A stretch of 24,000 bases of DNA from Paenibacillus sediminis (GTDB lineage Bacteria > Bacillota > Bacilli > Paenibacillales > Paenibacillaceae): the NCBI RefSeq assembly GCF_017873765.1, contig NZ_JAGGKP010000014.1:6160-30159 (forward strand), read 5' to 3'. Below, one piece after another: positions 1-9,383 of the stretch. The notes under the pieces are model-generated. The model was not told where the DNA came from, ran no database searches, and saw only the letters and a program-made list of their open reading frames with translations. The number at the start of each line of letters is the position of its first letter. The first letter of the stretch is position 1. Made by a program: the position numbers and the translations under genes.

Positions 1-696
1 GACATCATCAGACTTCGTTTCACCAACGAGCGGATTTAAGAACAATGCATCCACAATTTCCATCGCACTCTTCTGGATATATTCATGTGCCCTGTGGACA
101 GGATTTCTTGTCTGAAAGCCGACAACCGATTTCCAGCCCTTCTCGGCAAAAATACGCCGCGTTTCAGCGGGATCGAAATAAAATTGTTCAAATCGTTCCG
201 GCTTCGGTCTGTTTAGAACTTTTACAGGACCTCCAACATAGTAAGATGGACGTTCAAATAGCTTCTGAACACCCGGATGCGCCGGATCATCCGTTTTATA
301 TACTTGCCGTGCTTCATAGACTTGATCCACTTGGTATACACTCTCTACATCAAGAATTGCATAAACGACACCATCACGTTCATCCACAAGCGAGGCTTGT
401 TCCCCTATGGATAACTGATCTGCAATTTCTTTATCCACAGCCAGTGTTATGGGGATACTCCATACCGTTCCATTAGATAACCTCATATCATCCACAACGG
501 ATTTATAATCATCTTCATTCAGAAACCCTGTTAAAGGTGAAAACGCGCCTACTCCAATTAAATCTAAGTCTGAGATCGTCCAGTTATTGATTTTTATTTT
601 TCTAAGATTAGCGGCTTGTAATAAAAGATTGTGTTTTTCCTCACCCTGTACTATACGCTGGATCAAAGTACCCCCGTGCGGAAGTATCGCAGTCAT
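1..696 (-). CDS. sat: Sulfate adenylyltransferase (ATP sulfurylase), N-terminal 232 codons; the gene continues past the left edge of the window
   Basis: Minus-strand reading frame open from ATG at 696 to position 1. It is absent from the ORF track because it has no in-window stop. My translation is MTAILPHGGTLIQRIV...VVGFQTRNPVHRAHEYIQKSAME..., which carries the QxRNPxHxxH motif of ATP sulfurylases and an N-terminus like B. subtilis Sat. The SD AAGGAG lies 8 nt before ATG-696. ATG-702 sits only 2 nt from the SD and is less likely. Confidence 0.85.
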   Translation of the reverse strand, partial: MTAILPHGGTLIQRIVQGEEKHNLLLQAANLRKIKINNWTISDLDLIGVGAFSPLTGFLNEDDYKSVVDDMRLSNGTVWSIPITLAVDKEIADQLSIGEQASLVDERDGVVYAILDVESVYQVDQVYEARQVYKTDDPAHPGVQKLFERPSYYVGGPVKVLNRPKPERFEQFYFDPAETRRIFAEKGWKSVVGFQTRNPVHRAHEYIQKSAMEIVDALFLNPLVGETKSDDV

Positions 697-723
697 CTTC
701 ATCTCTCCTTAGGCGATCCGTTA

Positions 724-1416
724 TTATTTATGCAGCCCGCATTCGGTTTTATCTGTACCAGACCATCTTCCAGCACGCGGATCTTCCCCTGGCATCACTT
801 GACGTGTGCAATAGGTGCACCCAATACTCGGATAGTTCTGATCATGGAGCGGATTGTAAATGACATGATTCGTACGAATATAGTTCCACACATCTTCAGA
901 TGTCCAGCCGGCAATAGGGTTAAATTTAACAAGGCCGAACTTCGTATCGTATTCTACTTTCTTCGCATTAGCCCTAGTCGGCGCTTGATCGCGTCTAATT
1001 CCAGTAATCCACGCGTCATATTGGGATAAGATGTGGGTAAGTGGTTCTACTTTACGGAGGTTACAGCATGCGTTCGGATCACTTTTCCACAATTCGTCCC
1101 CATATTGCTCTGCTTGCTGCGCCGGTGTTAGTTTCGGGAGAACTTGTATGAATTCAAGATTATAGTGAGATGCTAGTGAATCACGAGTTTGGTATGTTTC
1201 TGGAAAATGAAAATTCGTATCCAAATAAAATATGTCTGTGGACGGACTTATTTTCTGTAGCATATCTACAAGCACTACATCTTCAGCACCGAAACTGCAT
1301 GCAAATGTAATGTTAGGAAATTGATTGACCGCGAAACGAATAACTTCCTCAGCAGATGCATGTTCTAACTCTTCAGCTTTGATTCGAATCAGCTCTTCCT
1401 TCTCAAGTAAATTCAT
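724..1416 (-). CDS. cysH: Adenylyl-sulfate / phosphoadenylyl-sulfate reductase (thioredoxin-dependent, Fe-S type)
   Basis: 230-aa ORF. It has the C-terminal catalytic ECGLH motif plus the CC...CxxC cysteines (ACCNLRK, GCTYCT) characteristic of the Fe-S cluster-containing CysH family (B. subtilis type). It lies directly upstream of sat in the same orientation. Confidence 0.9.
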   Translation of the reverse strand: MNLLEKEELIRIKAEELEHASAEEVIRFAVNQFPNITFACSFGAEDVVLVDMLQKISPSTDIFYLDTNFHFPETYQTRDSLASHYNLEFIQVLPKLTPAQQAEQYGDELWKSDPNACCNLRKVEPLTHILSQYDAWITGIRRDQAPTRANAKKVEYDTKFGLVKFNPIAGWTSEDVWNYIRTNHVIYNPLHDQNYPSIGCTYCTRQVMPGEDPRAGRWSGTDKTECGLHK

Positions 1417-1440
1417 TAATCTATTCCCCCAAAATGATAT

Positions 1441-1467
1441 TAATTCCTACTAATTCAATATGATTAA
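1441..1467 (-). promoter_or_regulatory. Candidate CymR-type (cysteine regulon repressor) operator overlapping the predicted cysH transcription start
   Basis: The minus-strand 27-mer TTAATCATATTGAATTAGTAGGAATTA matches 16 of 19 specified positions of the B. subtilis CymR box as I recall it (TAAWNCNNANTWNANNNATMGGAATTW), including TAGGAATTA at the 3' end. It sits immediately downstream of the -10 element. The consensus is quoted from memory and needs checking. Confidence 0.3.
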
Positions 1468-1471
1468 GATA

Positions 1472-1499
1472 AGTATAATTGTTTTTCCTTTATTGTCAA
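1472..1499 (-). promoter_or_regulatory. Sigma-A-type promoter for cysH-sat
   Basis: The minus strand reads TTGACA-(16 nt)-TATACT, about 55 nt upstream of the cysH ATG and just downstream of the rpsI terminator. Confidence 0.55.
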
Positions 1500-1520
1500 T
1501 GCTTGGATTCAGAGCTAAAC

Positions 1521-1556
1521 ACAAAAAACCCTTTTCGAAATTCGAAAAGGGTTTTG
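1521..1556 (-). terminator. Intrinsic terminator after rpsI (near-perfect palindrome, potentially bidirectional)
   Basis: Minus strand: AAAACCCTTTTCGAA-T-TTCGAAAAGGGTTTT followed by TTGT. It begins 16 nt downstream of the rpsI stop codon. Confidence 0.85.
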
Positions 1557-1571
1557 TATAATATGCAAATA

Positions 1572-1964
1572 TTAACGTTTGGAGAATTGAGGTGCGCGAC
1601 GAGCCGCTTTAAGACCGTATTTTTTACGTTCTTTCATACGAGGGTCACGAGTCAAGAATCCAGCTTTTTTCAAAGATGAACGGAACTCTGGATCTACTTT
1701 AAGCAATGCACGGGAAATACCGTGGCGAATTGCACCAGCTTGACCGGAAATACCGCCACCATTAGCTGTAACAAGAACATCATATTTACCGATTGTGTCT
1801 GTTAATGTCAATGGTTGTTTTACGATCAGTTTAAGAGTTTCCAAACCGAAATAATCATTAATGTCACGTTTATTGATGACAATGCGTCCTTCACCCGGTA
1901 CAAGGCGAACACGTGCTACCGAATGTTTACGACGACCTGTCCCATAGTATTGTACTTGTGCCAT
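1572..1964 (-). CDS. rpsI: 30S ribosomal protein S9 (uS9)
   Basis: 130 aa, [21 protein letters not shown]...RRAPQFSKR, a canonical S9. SD AAGGGAGGA lies upstream. Confidence 0.97.
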   Translation of the reverse strand: MAQVQYYGTGRRKHSVARVRLVPGEGRIVINKRDINDYFGLETLKLIVKQPLTLTDTIGKYDVLVTANGGGISGQAGAIRHGISRALLKVDPEFRSSLKKAGFLTRDPRMKERKKYGLKAARRAPQFSKR

Positions 1965-1984
1965 GAAACTGTCCTCCCTTTTAA

Positions 1985-2422
1985 TTATCCGCGAAGTTCG
2001 TAAACTTCAGGTTTTTGTGCAGCATGTGGATGCTCAGTGCCAGCGTAAGCTTTCAAACGAAGCTTCATTTTTTCACCCTGACGAGTTTTAGGAAGCATTC
2101 CGTGTACTGCAAGCTCGATCATACGCTCAGGTTTGTTTTTAACCATGTCTTGTGCAACTGTTACTTTCAAACCACCTGGATGCAAAGAGTGACGATAGTA
2201 TTTTTTGTTTTGCATTTTTTTGCCTGTCAATACAACTTTATCTGCATTGATGACAATTACGAAATCTCCAGAATCAACGTGTGGAGTAAATTGAGGCTTA
2301 TGTTTACCGCGAATCAACGCTGCTGCTTCACTAGCCAAACGACCAAGCGTTTTGCCTTCAGCATCGATGATGTACCATTTACGCTCAACTTCATTAGGCT
2401 TAGCCATATATGTGGTACGCAT
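1985..2422 (-). CDS. rplM: 50S ribosomal protein L13 (uL13)
   Basis: 145 aa, [21 protein letters not shown]...KPEVYELRG, nearly colinear with B. subtilis L13. SD AAGGAGGA lies 7 nt upstream. Confidence 0.97.
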   Translation of the reverse strand: MRTTYMAKPNEVERKWYIIDAEGKTLGRLASEAAALIRGKHKPQFTPHVDSGDFVIVINADKVVLTGKKMQNKKYYRHSLHPGGLKVTVAQDMVKNKPERMIELAVHGMLPKTRQGEKMKLRLKAYAGTEHPHAAQKPEVYELRG

Positions 2423-2444
2423 GAAAAGATCCTCCTTATTTGCT

Positions 2445-2560
2445 TCGAAATCTACTTTCGATTTATATTCATTTTCAAGTTTAGTTCGTTAGTTAAATTC
2501 GTGAGTAAATCAAGTTCAATTGATGACTCTCTTAACTGGGGCTGTGGGAAAGCCGTTAAG
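2445..2560 (-). promoter_or_regulatory. Structured 5' leader of rplM (candidate L13-leader-type autoregulatory RNA)
   Basis: The non-coding truA-rplM spacer is 188 bp. On the minus strand there is a two-tier hairpin, CTTAAC-GGCT-ttcccac-AGCC-cca-GTTAAG (2531-2560). A second hairpin, TCGAAA-gtaga-TTTCGA (2445-2461), lies about 9 nt upstream of the SD. An L13 leader motif is described upstream of rplM in Firmicutes, but I cannot align to its covariance model here. Confidence 0.3.
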
Positions 2561-2610
2561 AAAACACAATTTTTATTTTACAGCATCACACATAAAACCG
2601 CAAGTGCTAT

Positions 2611-3396
2611 TTATGATTTATCGTCTAATTCATCGTATTCTACGCTCCACAGCATCAAGCCTTGGCTTACCGCAGTTGGACCTGCAGCAGAACGGTCTTG
2701 AGCCTGTAAAATACGCAGCATATCTTCAGGCGAACGTTTCCCTTCACCCACTTGAATCAGAGTCCCCATAATGATACGTACCATATGCTGCAAAAATCCA
2801 TTACCCGTAATGTACGTATGAAGCACTCCCTGATCCCGAGTACCTGCTCGTGACATGGATGTATCTACTTCAATGCGGGCATTATAAATGGTGCGCACAT
2901 GACTTGTCTTGGTTGAATGACGCGATGCAAACGAAGTGTAATCATGCGTTCCGATCAGATACTCAAGTCCCTGCTGCATCGCGGGTATATCAAGCTTACC
3001 TGGATGGTGAACTTGGTACCGCCTTTGAAATACATCAGGAAATTGATTGGCATTGATCGTATACCGATAAGTCTTACGCTTTGCAGAGCGCCTTGAATGA
3101 AAAGATAACGGCACTTCACGGGCACTCGTTACGATAATATCGTCTGGCAATCTTGCATTTAATGCAAGACACCAACGCTCTACAGGTATAGCCGAAGAAG
3201 TGTGGAAATGAAACACCTGACTTCTCGCATGCACCCCTGCATCCGTACGCCCAGATCCATGAATCTTCACTGTTTCACCCGTGAGAAGACGAATCGCCTC
3301 CTCAATATGATCCTGAATCGTATTGCCGCCAGGCTGCGTTTGAAATCCGTTATACGCCGTGCCATCAAAACTGACCGTCATACATAAATTACGCAT
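2611..3396 (-). CDS. truA: tRNA pseudouridine(38-40) synthase TruA
   Basis: MRNLCMTVSFDGTAYNGFQTQPG...HGSGRTDAGVHA... shows the TruA catalytic GRTDAGVH motif. The start was moved from the ORF-track 3429 to ATG-3396, which has the SD GGAGGAA 7 nt upstream and aligns with B. subtilis TruA (MRLKC...). Confidence 0.9.
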   Translation of the reverse strand: MRNLCMTVSFDGTAYNGFQTQPGGNTIQDHIEEAIRLLTGETVKIHGSGRTDAGVHARSQVFHFHTSSAIPVERWCLALNARLPDDIIVTSAREVPLSFHSRRSAKRKTYRYTINANQFPDVFQRRYQVHHPGKLDIPAMQQGLEYLIGTHDYTSFASRHSTKTSHVRTIYNARIEVDTSMSRAGTRDQGVLHTYITGNGFLQHMVRIIMGTLIQVGEGKRSPEDMLRILQAQDRSAAGPTAVSQGLMLWSVEYDELDDKS

Positions 3397-3458
3397 TCGC
3401 TTGTTCCTCCACTTTGATCCATAAAACATATGCTTAGGGGGATTTAGGGGGTCGTCAT

Positions 3459-3492
3459 CAAATAAAAGAGAAGCTCCCTTCGAAGCTTCTCT
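3459..3492 (-). terminator. Intrinsic terminator (second of two after rplQ)
   Basis: Minus strand: AGAGAAGCT-tcgaaggg-AGCTTCTCT followed by TTTATTTG, a 9-bp perfect stem plus T-tract. Confidence 0.8.
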
Positions 3493-3526
3493 AATCTGCT
3501 ATTAACGCAGCTTCCGAAATGAAGAG

Positions 3527-3570
3527 AAAAAAAGGGTTTGTTCAGAATCAGTTGATCCTGTCCACCCTTT
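3527..3570 (-). terminator. Intrinsic terminator (first after rplQ)
   Basis: Minus strand: AAAGGGT-gga-CAGGATC-aact-GATTCTG-aacaa-ACCCTTT followed by TTTTCTCTT. It starts 16 nt after the rplQ stop. Confidence 0.8.
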
Positions 3571-3585
3571 CCCCATCCGGCCTAC

Positions 3586-3951
3586 TTACGCGCGGTCAAC
3601 AAGTTCCAAATAAACCATTGGAGCAGAGTCACCACGACGAGGTCCTAATTTAAGAATACGAGTGTATCCACCTGGACGCTCAGAGTAACGTGCAGCCAAT
3701 TCTGTAAACAGTTTTTGAATTGCATCTTGCTCTCCATCAACGGATTCACGGCGAACATAAGCTGCCACTTGACGACGAGCGTGAAGGTCTCCACGTTTAG
3801 CCGTTGTGATCAGTTTTTCAGCGATAGAACGAACCTCTTTAGCTTTCGCTTCTGTAGTTTCGATACGCTCGTATAAGAATAGGTCAGTTACCAGGTCACG
3901 AAACAATGCTTTACGTGCGCTGGAGTCACGTCCCAACTTTTGGTATGCCAT
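3586..3951 (-). CDS. rplQ: 50S ribosomal protein L17 (bL17)
   Basis: [24 protein letters not shown]... is a canonical L17. The start is set at ATG-3951, with SD GAAGGAGGG 6 nt upstream. The ORF-track TTG at 3975 reads through the SD. Confidence 0.95.
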   Translation of the reverse strand: MAYQKLGRDSSARKALFRDLVTDLFLYERIETTEAKAKEVRSIAEKLITTAKRGDLHARRQVAAYVRRESVDGEQDAIQKLFTELAARYSERPGGYTRILKLGPRRGDSAPMVYLELVDRA

Positions 3952-3984
3952 GTTTTTCCCTCCTTCACGAAACAATCATGCAGT

Positions 3985-4929
3985 TTATTCTTCTGTCCGA
4001 AGTCCGAGTCCAAGCTCTTGGAGCTTCTCTTGAACTTCTTCCAAAGATTTGCGTCCGAGGTTACGGACTTTCATCATATCTTCTTCCGTTTTCGTTGTTA
4101 ACTCCTGCACCGTATTAATACCGGCACGTTTGAGGCAGTTATAGGAACGGACAGAAAGATCGAGCTCTTCGATAGTCATCTCGAGCACTTTTTCTTTTTT
4201 ATCTTCTTCTTTTTCAACCATAATTTCAGCATCTTTAGCTTCGTCCGTGAGACCCACGAACAGCATCAAATGCTCGGTTAAAATTTTGGCGCCGAGGCTT
4301 ACCGCTTCTTCCGGTTTAATACTTCCGTCGGTCCATACTTCAAGCGTTAGCTTGTCATAGTTGGTCACTTGACCAACCCGCGTATTTTCCACGCCATAAT
4401 TGACGCGAGCAATCGGGGTATAGATCGAATCCACGGGAATTACACCAATTGGTTGATCATCACGTTTGTTCCGATCTGCCAGTACAAAACCGCGACCTCG
4501 ATTGGCATAAATGCGCATATGGAGTCTAGAACCCGGTTCAAGCGTAGCAATGTGAAGATCTGGATTCAGAATCTCAACATCACTATCCGCACGAATATCT
4601 CCTGCTGTTACAACTCCTTCGCCCTCAGCATCAATCTCAAGGATTTTCTCCTCATCAGAATGAATTTTAAGCGATAGAGCCTTCAAGTTCAGAATGATCT
4701 CCGTTACGTCTTCCATAACTCCAGGAACCGTTGCGAACTCATGCAGAACACCATCGATTTGAACCGAGGTGACTGCTGCACCTGGAAGAGATGAGAGCAA
4801 AATTCGGCGAAGTGAATTCCCGAGTGTTGTCCCATATCCGCGCTCAAGTGGTTCTACCACGAATTTCCCATAAGTGCCCTCATCGTTAACGTCTACGGTC
4901 TCAATTTTCGGCTTTTCGATTTCTATCAC
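3985..4929 (-). CDS. rpoA: DNA-directed RNA polymerase subunit alpha
   Basis: (V)[11 protein letters not shown]...[31 protein letters not shown]...[22 protein letters not shown]... gives 314 aa, colinear with B. subtilis RpoA. GTG-4929 is preceded by the SD GAAGGAGGGG. The ORF-track TTG at 4947 precedes the SD. Confidence 0.97.
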   Translation of the reverse strand: MIEIEKPKIETVDVNDEGTYGKFVVEPLERGYGTTLGNSLRRILLSSLPGAAVTSVQIDGVLHEFATVPGVMEDVTEIILNLKALSLKIHSDEEKILEIDAEGEGVVTAGDIRADSDVEILNPDLHIATLEPGSRLHMRIYANRGRGFVLADRNKRDDQPIGVIPVDSIYTPIARVNYGVENTRVGQVTNYDKLTLEVWTDGSIKPEEAVSLGAKILTEHLMLFVGLTDEAKDAEIMVEKEEDKKEKVLEMTIEELDLSVRSYNCLKRAGINTVQELTTKTEEDMMKVRNLGRKSLEEVQEKLQELGLGLRTEE

Positions 4930-5058
4930 GAGATACCCCTCCTTCAAAACATCGCTCTATATGAAACTGTTACCTTTTAAAGTCGAACCATGTAGTATGC
5001 CTAAACAACCATTCTTCTCAAGTTGTGCCGGATTTATACCACATTAAGGCACGCTTCA

Positions 5059-5454
5059 TTAGACACGACGACGTTTTGGTGGACGGCATCCATTGTGCGG
5101 AATAGGCGTTACGTCTTTAATCAAGTTAATTTCAAGACCTGCTGCTTGCAGAGAACGGATAGCCGCTTCACGGCCTGCACCAGGACCTTTAACCATAACT
5201 TCAACGGATTTCATGCCGTGTTCCATAGCTGCTTTTGCTGCTGTTTCAGCTGCCATTTGCGCTGCAAATGGAGTTGATTTACGGGAACCTTTAAATCCAA
5301 GGTTACCGGAGCTAGCCCATGAAATTGCATTTCCGTGTGGGTCGGTAATCGTAACGATCGTATTGTTGAATGTGGAGCGGATATGTGCCACACCAGATTC
5401 AATATTTTTACGGTCACGACGTTTAGTACGTACGACTTTCTTTGGTTTAGCCAT
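5059..5454 (-). CDS. rpsK: 30S ribosomal protein S11 (uS11)
   Basis: 131 aa, [38 protein letters not shown]...[23 protein letters not shown]. Confidence 0.97.
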   Translation of the reverse strand: MAKPKKVVRTKRRDRKNIESGVAHIRSTFNNTIVTITDPHGNAISWASSGNLGFKGSRKSTPFAAQMAAETAAKAAMEHGMKSVEVMVKGPGAGREAAIRSLQAAGLEINLIKDVTPIPHNGCRPPKRRRV

Positions 5455-5470
5455 TGTCTCTTATCCCTCC

Positions 5471-5839
5471 TTACTTCTTCTTGTTCGCTACCGTACGACG
5501 AGGGCCTTTACGTGTACGAGCATTCGTTTTAGTACGTTGTCCACGAACTGGTAGACCGCGACGATGACGAAGACCACGGTAGGAACCAATCTCGATCAAA
5601 CGTTTAATATTCAAGGAAATTTCACGACGCAAATCGCCTTCTACTTTGACGTTCTTGTCGATATTTTCACGTAGTTTGCTAATTTCATCTTCTGTCAGAT
5701 CACGAACACGAGTGTCCTTATTAATGCCTGTTTCGCTCAAAATTTTCTGTGAAGTCGTTTTACCGATTCCGAAAATATAAGTCAAGGCGATCTCAACGCG
5801 TTTATCACGTGGTAAATCCACACCAGCTATACGAGCCAT
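5471..5839 (-). CDS. rpsM: 30S ribosomal protein S13 (uS13)
   Basis: 122 aa, [26 protein letters not shown]... SD AAGGGGGTG. Confidence 0.97.
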   Translation of the reverse strand: MARIAGVDLPRDKRVEIALTYIFGIGKTTSQKILSETGINKDTRVRDLTEDEISKLRENIDKNVKVEGDLRREISLNIKRLIEIGSYRGLRHRRGLPVRGQRTKTNARTRKGPRRTVANKKK

Positions 5840-5859
5840 TTTACGCTACACCCCCTTTA

Positions 5860-6269
<410 letters not shown>

Positions 6270-6271
6270 AG

Positions 6272-6589
6272 TTAGTCTCCTTTCTCTTCAGCATTGGTTT
6301 TGGTGGATTGCAGATACTTCGTAACTGCATAACGGAGTTTTCCGTTTGTCACCCGACCGCTCTCATTTAAACTGTTTACAACTTCGCTGCTGATTACAGG
6401 TTCCAGTTCTAGATGAAGAAGATTCTTCTTCTTTGGTGCATCAAACTTACGTTTATCTCCATCAGCGATATAGACGAATTTCTCATCAGCGATGGCAACG
6501 ATGACTCCAACCTGTCCGCGATCTCTGCCTTTCAGGATTTTCACAATTTGACCGATTTGCGGGCCGACATTGTTGTTCAATGCAATCAC
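6272..6589 (-). CDS. Small KOW-domain RNA-binding-like protein (conserved map-infA spacer gene of Bacillales)
   Basis: ORF of 105 aa at most. It has a KOW-like segment, [22 protein letters not shown], and a Lys-rich patch. It sits where Bacillales carry a small conserved KOW-domain gene. The start is uncertain. GTG-6589 abuts the map stop codon (TAGGTG) without an SD, whereas TTG-6580 has AGGTGA 6 nt upstream. Confidence 0.7.
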   Translation of the reverse strand: MIALNNNVGPQIGQIVKILKGRDRGQVGVIVAIADEKFVYIADGDKRKFDAPKKKNLLHLELEPVISSEVVNSLNESGRVTNGKLRYAVTKYLQSTKTNAEEKGD

Positions 6590-7342
6590 CTACGAATCCA
6601 GTTTCGTGAAAATTTCCATACCATCTGGTGTTACCGCAACCGTATGTTCAAAATGAGCACACAGTGAACCATCTACCGTAACAACTGTCCAGTTGTCTTC
6701 CAACGTTTTTACATACCGTTCTCCGGCATTGACCATCGGCTCAATACATAATACCATACCTGGCTTAAGTCGTGGTCCGCGATCAGGTATACCGTAGTTA
6801 GGAATTTGTGGTTCCTCATGAAGTTCGGTTCCAATTCCATGACCAACATATTCCCGTACAACCGAGAAACCCCTATCTTCAATGTACCGCTGAATCGCAT
6901 GAGATATTGTAAACAGACGCACTTCTGGTTTGACAAGCGCTAGACCTGCCATCAGAGCTCCTTCAGTGACATCTAGTAAACGCTGCGCCTCCTCGGAGAT
7001 TTTTCCTACAGGATAGGTCCAGGCCGAGTCAGCGTGATAGCCTTTAAACTGAGCACCAATGTCAGCAGTAAAGATGTCGCCTTCGTTTAATATGCGTTTG
7101 CCGGGAAACCCGTGAACCAATTGTTCGTTAACTGAAGCGCAAATGCTCGCAGGAAAACCATTGTAACCTTTAAAAGATGGCACTGCTCCTTGACTGCGAA
7201 TATACTGCTCGGCGATATGATCGAGTTCTCCCGTCGTGATCCCCGGCTCAATCGCTTCCTTAAGGAGACGATGTGTCTCTGCCACAATTCGCCCTGCTTC
7301 CTTCATAAAGCCTAGTTCCGTTTCGGACTTAACAATGATCAT
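6590..7342 (-). CDS. map: Type I methionine aminopeptidase
   Basis: 250 aa, [21 protein letters not shown]...HGIG...EP..., showing the pita-bread fold metal-ligand pattern (D..D..H..E..E). Confidence 0.95.
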   Translation of the reverse strand: MIIVKSETELGFMKEAGRIVAETHRLLKEAIEPGITTGELDHIAEQYIRSQGAVPSFKGYNGFPASICASVNEQLVHGFPGKRILNEGDIFTADIGAQFKGYHADSAWTYPVGKISEEAQRLLDVTEGALMAGLALVKPEVRLFTISHAIQRYIEDRGFSVVREYVGHGIGTELHEEPQIPNYGIPDRGPRLKPGMVLCIEPMVNAGERYVKTLEDNWTVVTVDGSLCAHFEHTVAVTPDGMEIFTKLDS

Positions 7343-7347
7343 TACAT

Positions 7348-7998
<651 letters not shown>

Positions 7999-8084
7999 TC
8001 ACTCCCTCTAAGACTGACGCAATACAATAAACAATAAAGTAGGCGCCGGGCGAGTCTAATATGCTCTCGACCGGAACCTATCTG

Positions 8085-9383
8085 TTATTTTTTGATAAAT
8101 CCTTTGTAATGACGTTTAATCAATTGGCTCTCGATTTGCTTCATCGTATCAAGGGCAACCCCGATAATGATGAGCAGCGATGTACCACCGATCTTAACAG
8201 ATCTAGGAAGACCTGCTACTGTTCCAAAGAATACCGGCAATACCGAAATGACAGCCAAGAAAAGTGCACCCGTCATCGTCAATCTAGACATGACTTTGGT
8301 CAAGTACGTAGCCGTCGTCTTACCAGGACGAATGCCTGGGACATAACCGCCATTTTTCTTCATGTTGTCCGCCATTTGGGTCGGGTTCATTTGCACGAAC
8401 GTGTAGAAGTACGTAAATCCGATAATCATCAGAACATACAGTACCATACCGAGCGGCTTATCATAGTACATGTGAGTCGTAATCCATTGTGCCCAACCTT
8501 TACCTGCCCAGAAACTAGCGATAATAATTGGGAACTGCAGCAACGATACAGCGAAGATGACTGGAATAACGCCCGCAGAATTAATTTTCAGCGGAATATG
8601 CGTATTTTGTCCTCCGTACATTTTGTTGCCTACAACACGTTTTGCGTATTGTACTGGAATTTTACGAATCGCTTGTTGAATATAAATAACTCCGACAATG
8701 ATCAAAATTACAACAAGTGCAATAATGATCAGTTTGACGATATTCAAGAACAATTGATCAGCTTGAATAAACTCTGATTGCACTGTATCACGAATATATT
8801 GAGGAATATTCGCTACAATACCTGCAAAGATAATAATCGAAATACCATTGCCGATCCCTTTTTCTGTGATTTGCTCACCAAGCCACATAAGGAACGATGT
8901 TCCTGCAGTAAGAATGATCGCGATCATCAGATAAGTGACAAATGTAGCATCTGGAACCATCCTTGCGCCGTACAAACGATTAAAACCGATAGATGTTGCA
9001 AATGCTTGGATCAGTCCCAAGATAACTGTTCCGTATCTTGTGAACTGAGCCAATTTCTTTTTGCCGTGCTCCCCTTGTTTTGCCCATTCAGCAAATTTAG
9101 GAATAACGTCCATCGATAAAAGTTGCACGATGATGGACGAAGTGATATACGGCATAATCCCGAGGGCGAAGATTGAAAACTTAGACAACGCTCCGCCCGA
9201 GAATGTGTTCAAAAGACCAAATAATTCACTACCCTGTTGGTTTACCTGTTCAAAAACAGTTTTATCTACACCCGGAACCGGTACGAAGGATCCAATGCGA
9301 TATACAATCAGAACTAAAAGGGTAAACAGAATACGACTTCGAAGGTCTTCGACCCGCCATATATTCCTTAGGGTTTTAAACAT
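8085..9383 (-). CDS. secY: Preprotein translocase subunit SecY
   Basis: 432 aa polytopic membrane protein, [22 protein letters not shown]...GIMPYITSSIIVQLL... It holds the canonical position between rplO and adk, and its ATG overlaps the rplO stop (TAATG). Confidence 0.97.
   Translation of the reverse strand: MFKTLRNIWRVEDLRSRILFTLLVLIVYRIGSFVPVPGVDKTVFEQVNQQGSELFGLLNTFSGGALSKFSIFALGIMPYITSSIIVQLLSMDVIPKFAEWAKQGEHGKKKLAQFTRYGTVILGLIQAFATSIGFNRLYGARMVPDATFVTYLMIAIILTAGTSFLMWLGEQITEKGIGNGISIIIFAGIVANIPQYIRDTVQSEFIQADQLFLNIVKLIIIALVVILIIVGVIYIQQAIRKIPVQYAKRVVGNKMYGGQNTHIPLKINSAGVIPVIFAVSLLQFPIIIASFWAGKGWAQWITTHMYYDKPLGMVLYVLMIIGFTYFYTFVQMNPTQMADNMKKNGGYVPGIRPGKTTATYLTKVMSRLTMTGALFLAVISVLPVFFGTVAGLPRSVKIGGTSLLIIIGVALDTMKQIESQLIKRHYKGFIKK

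Noticed and set aside
45-1029. Plus-strand ORFs 45-476 (143 aa) and 631-1029 (132 aa)
   Set aside because: They are antisense to sat and cysH, whose minus-strand translations carry unmistakable family motifs (QTRNPVHRAH; ECGLH).
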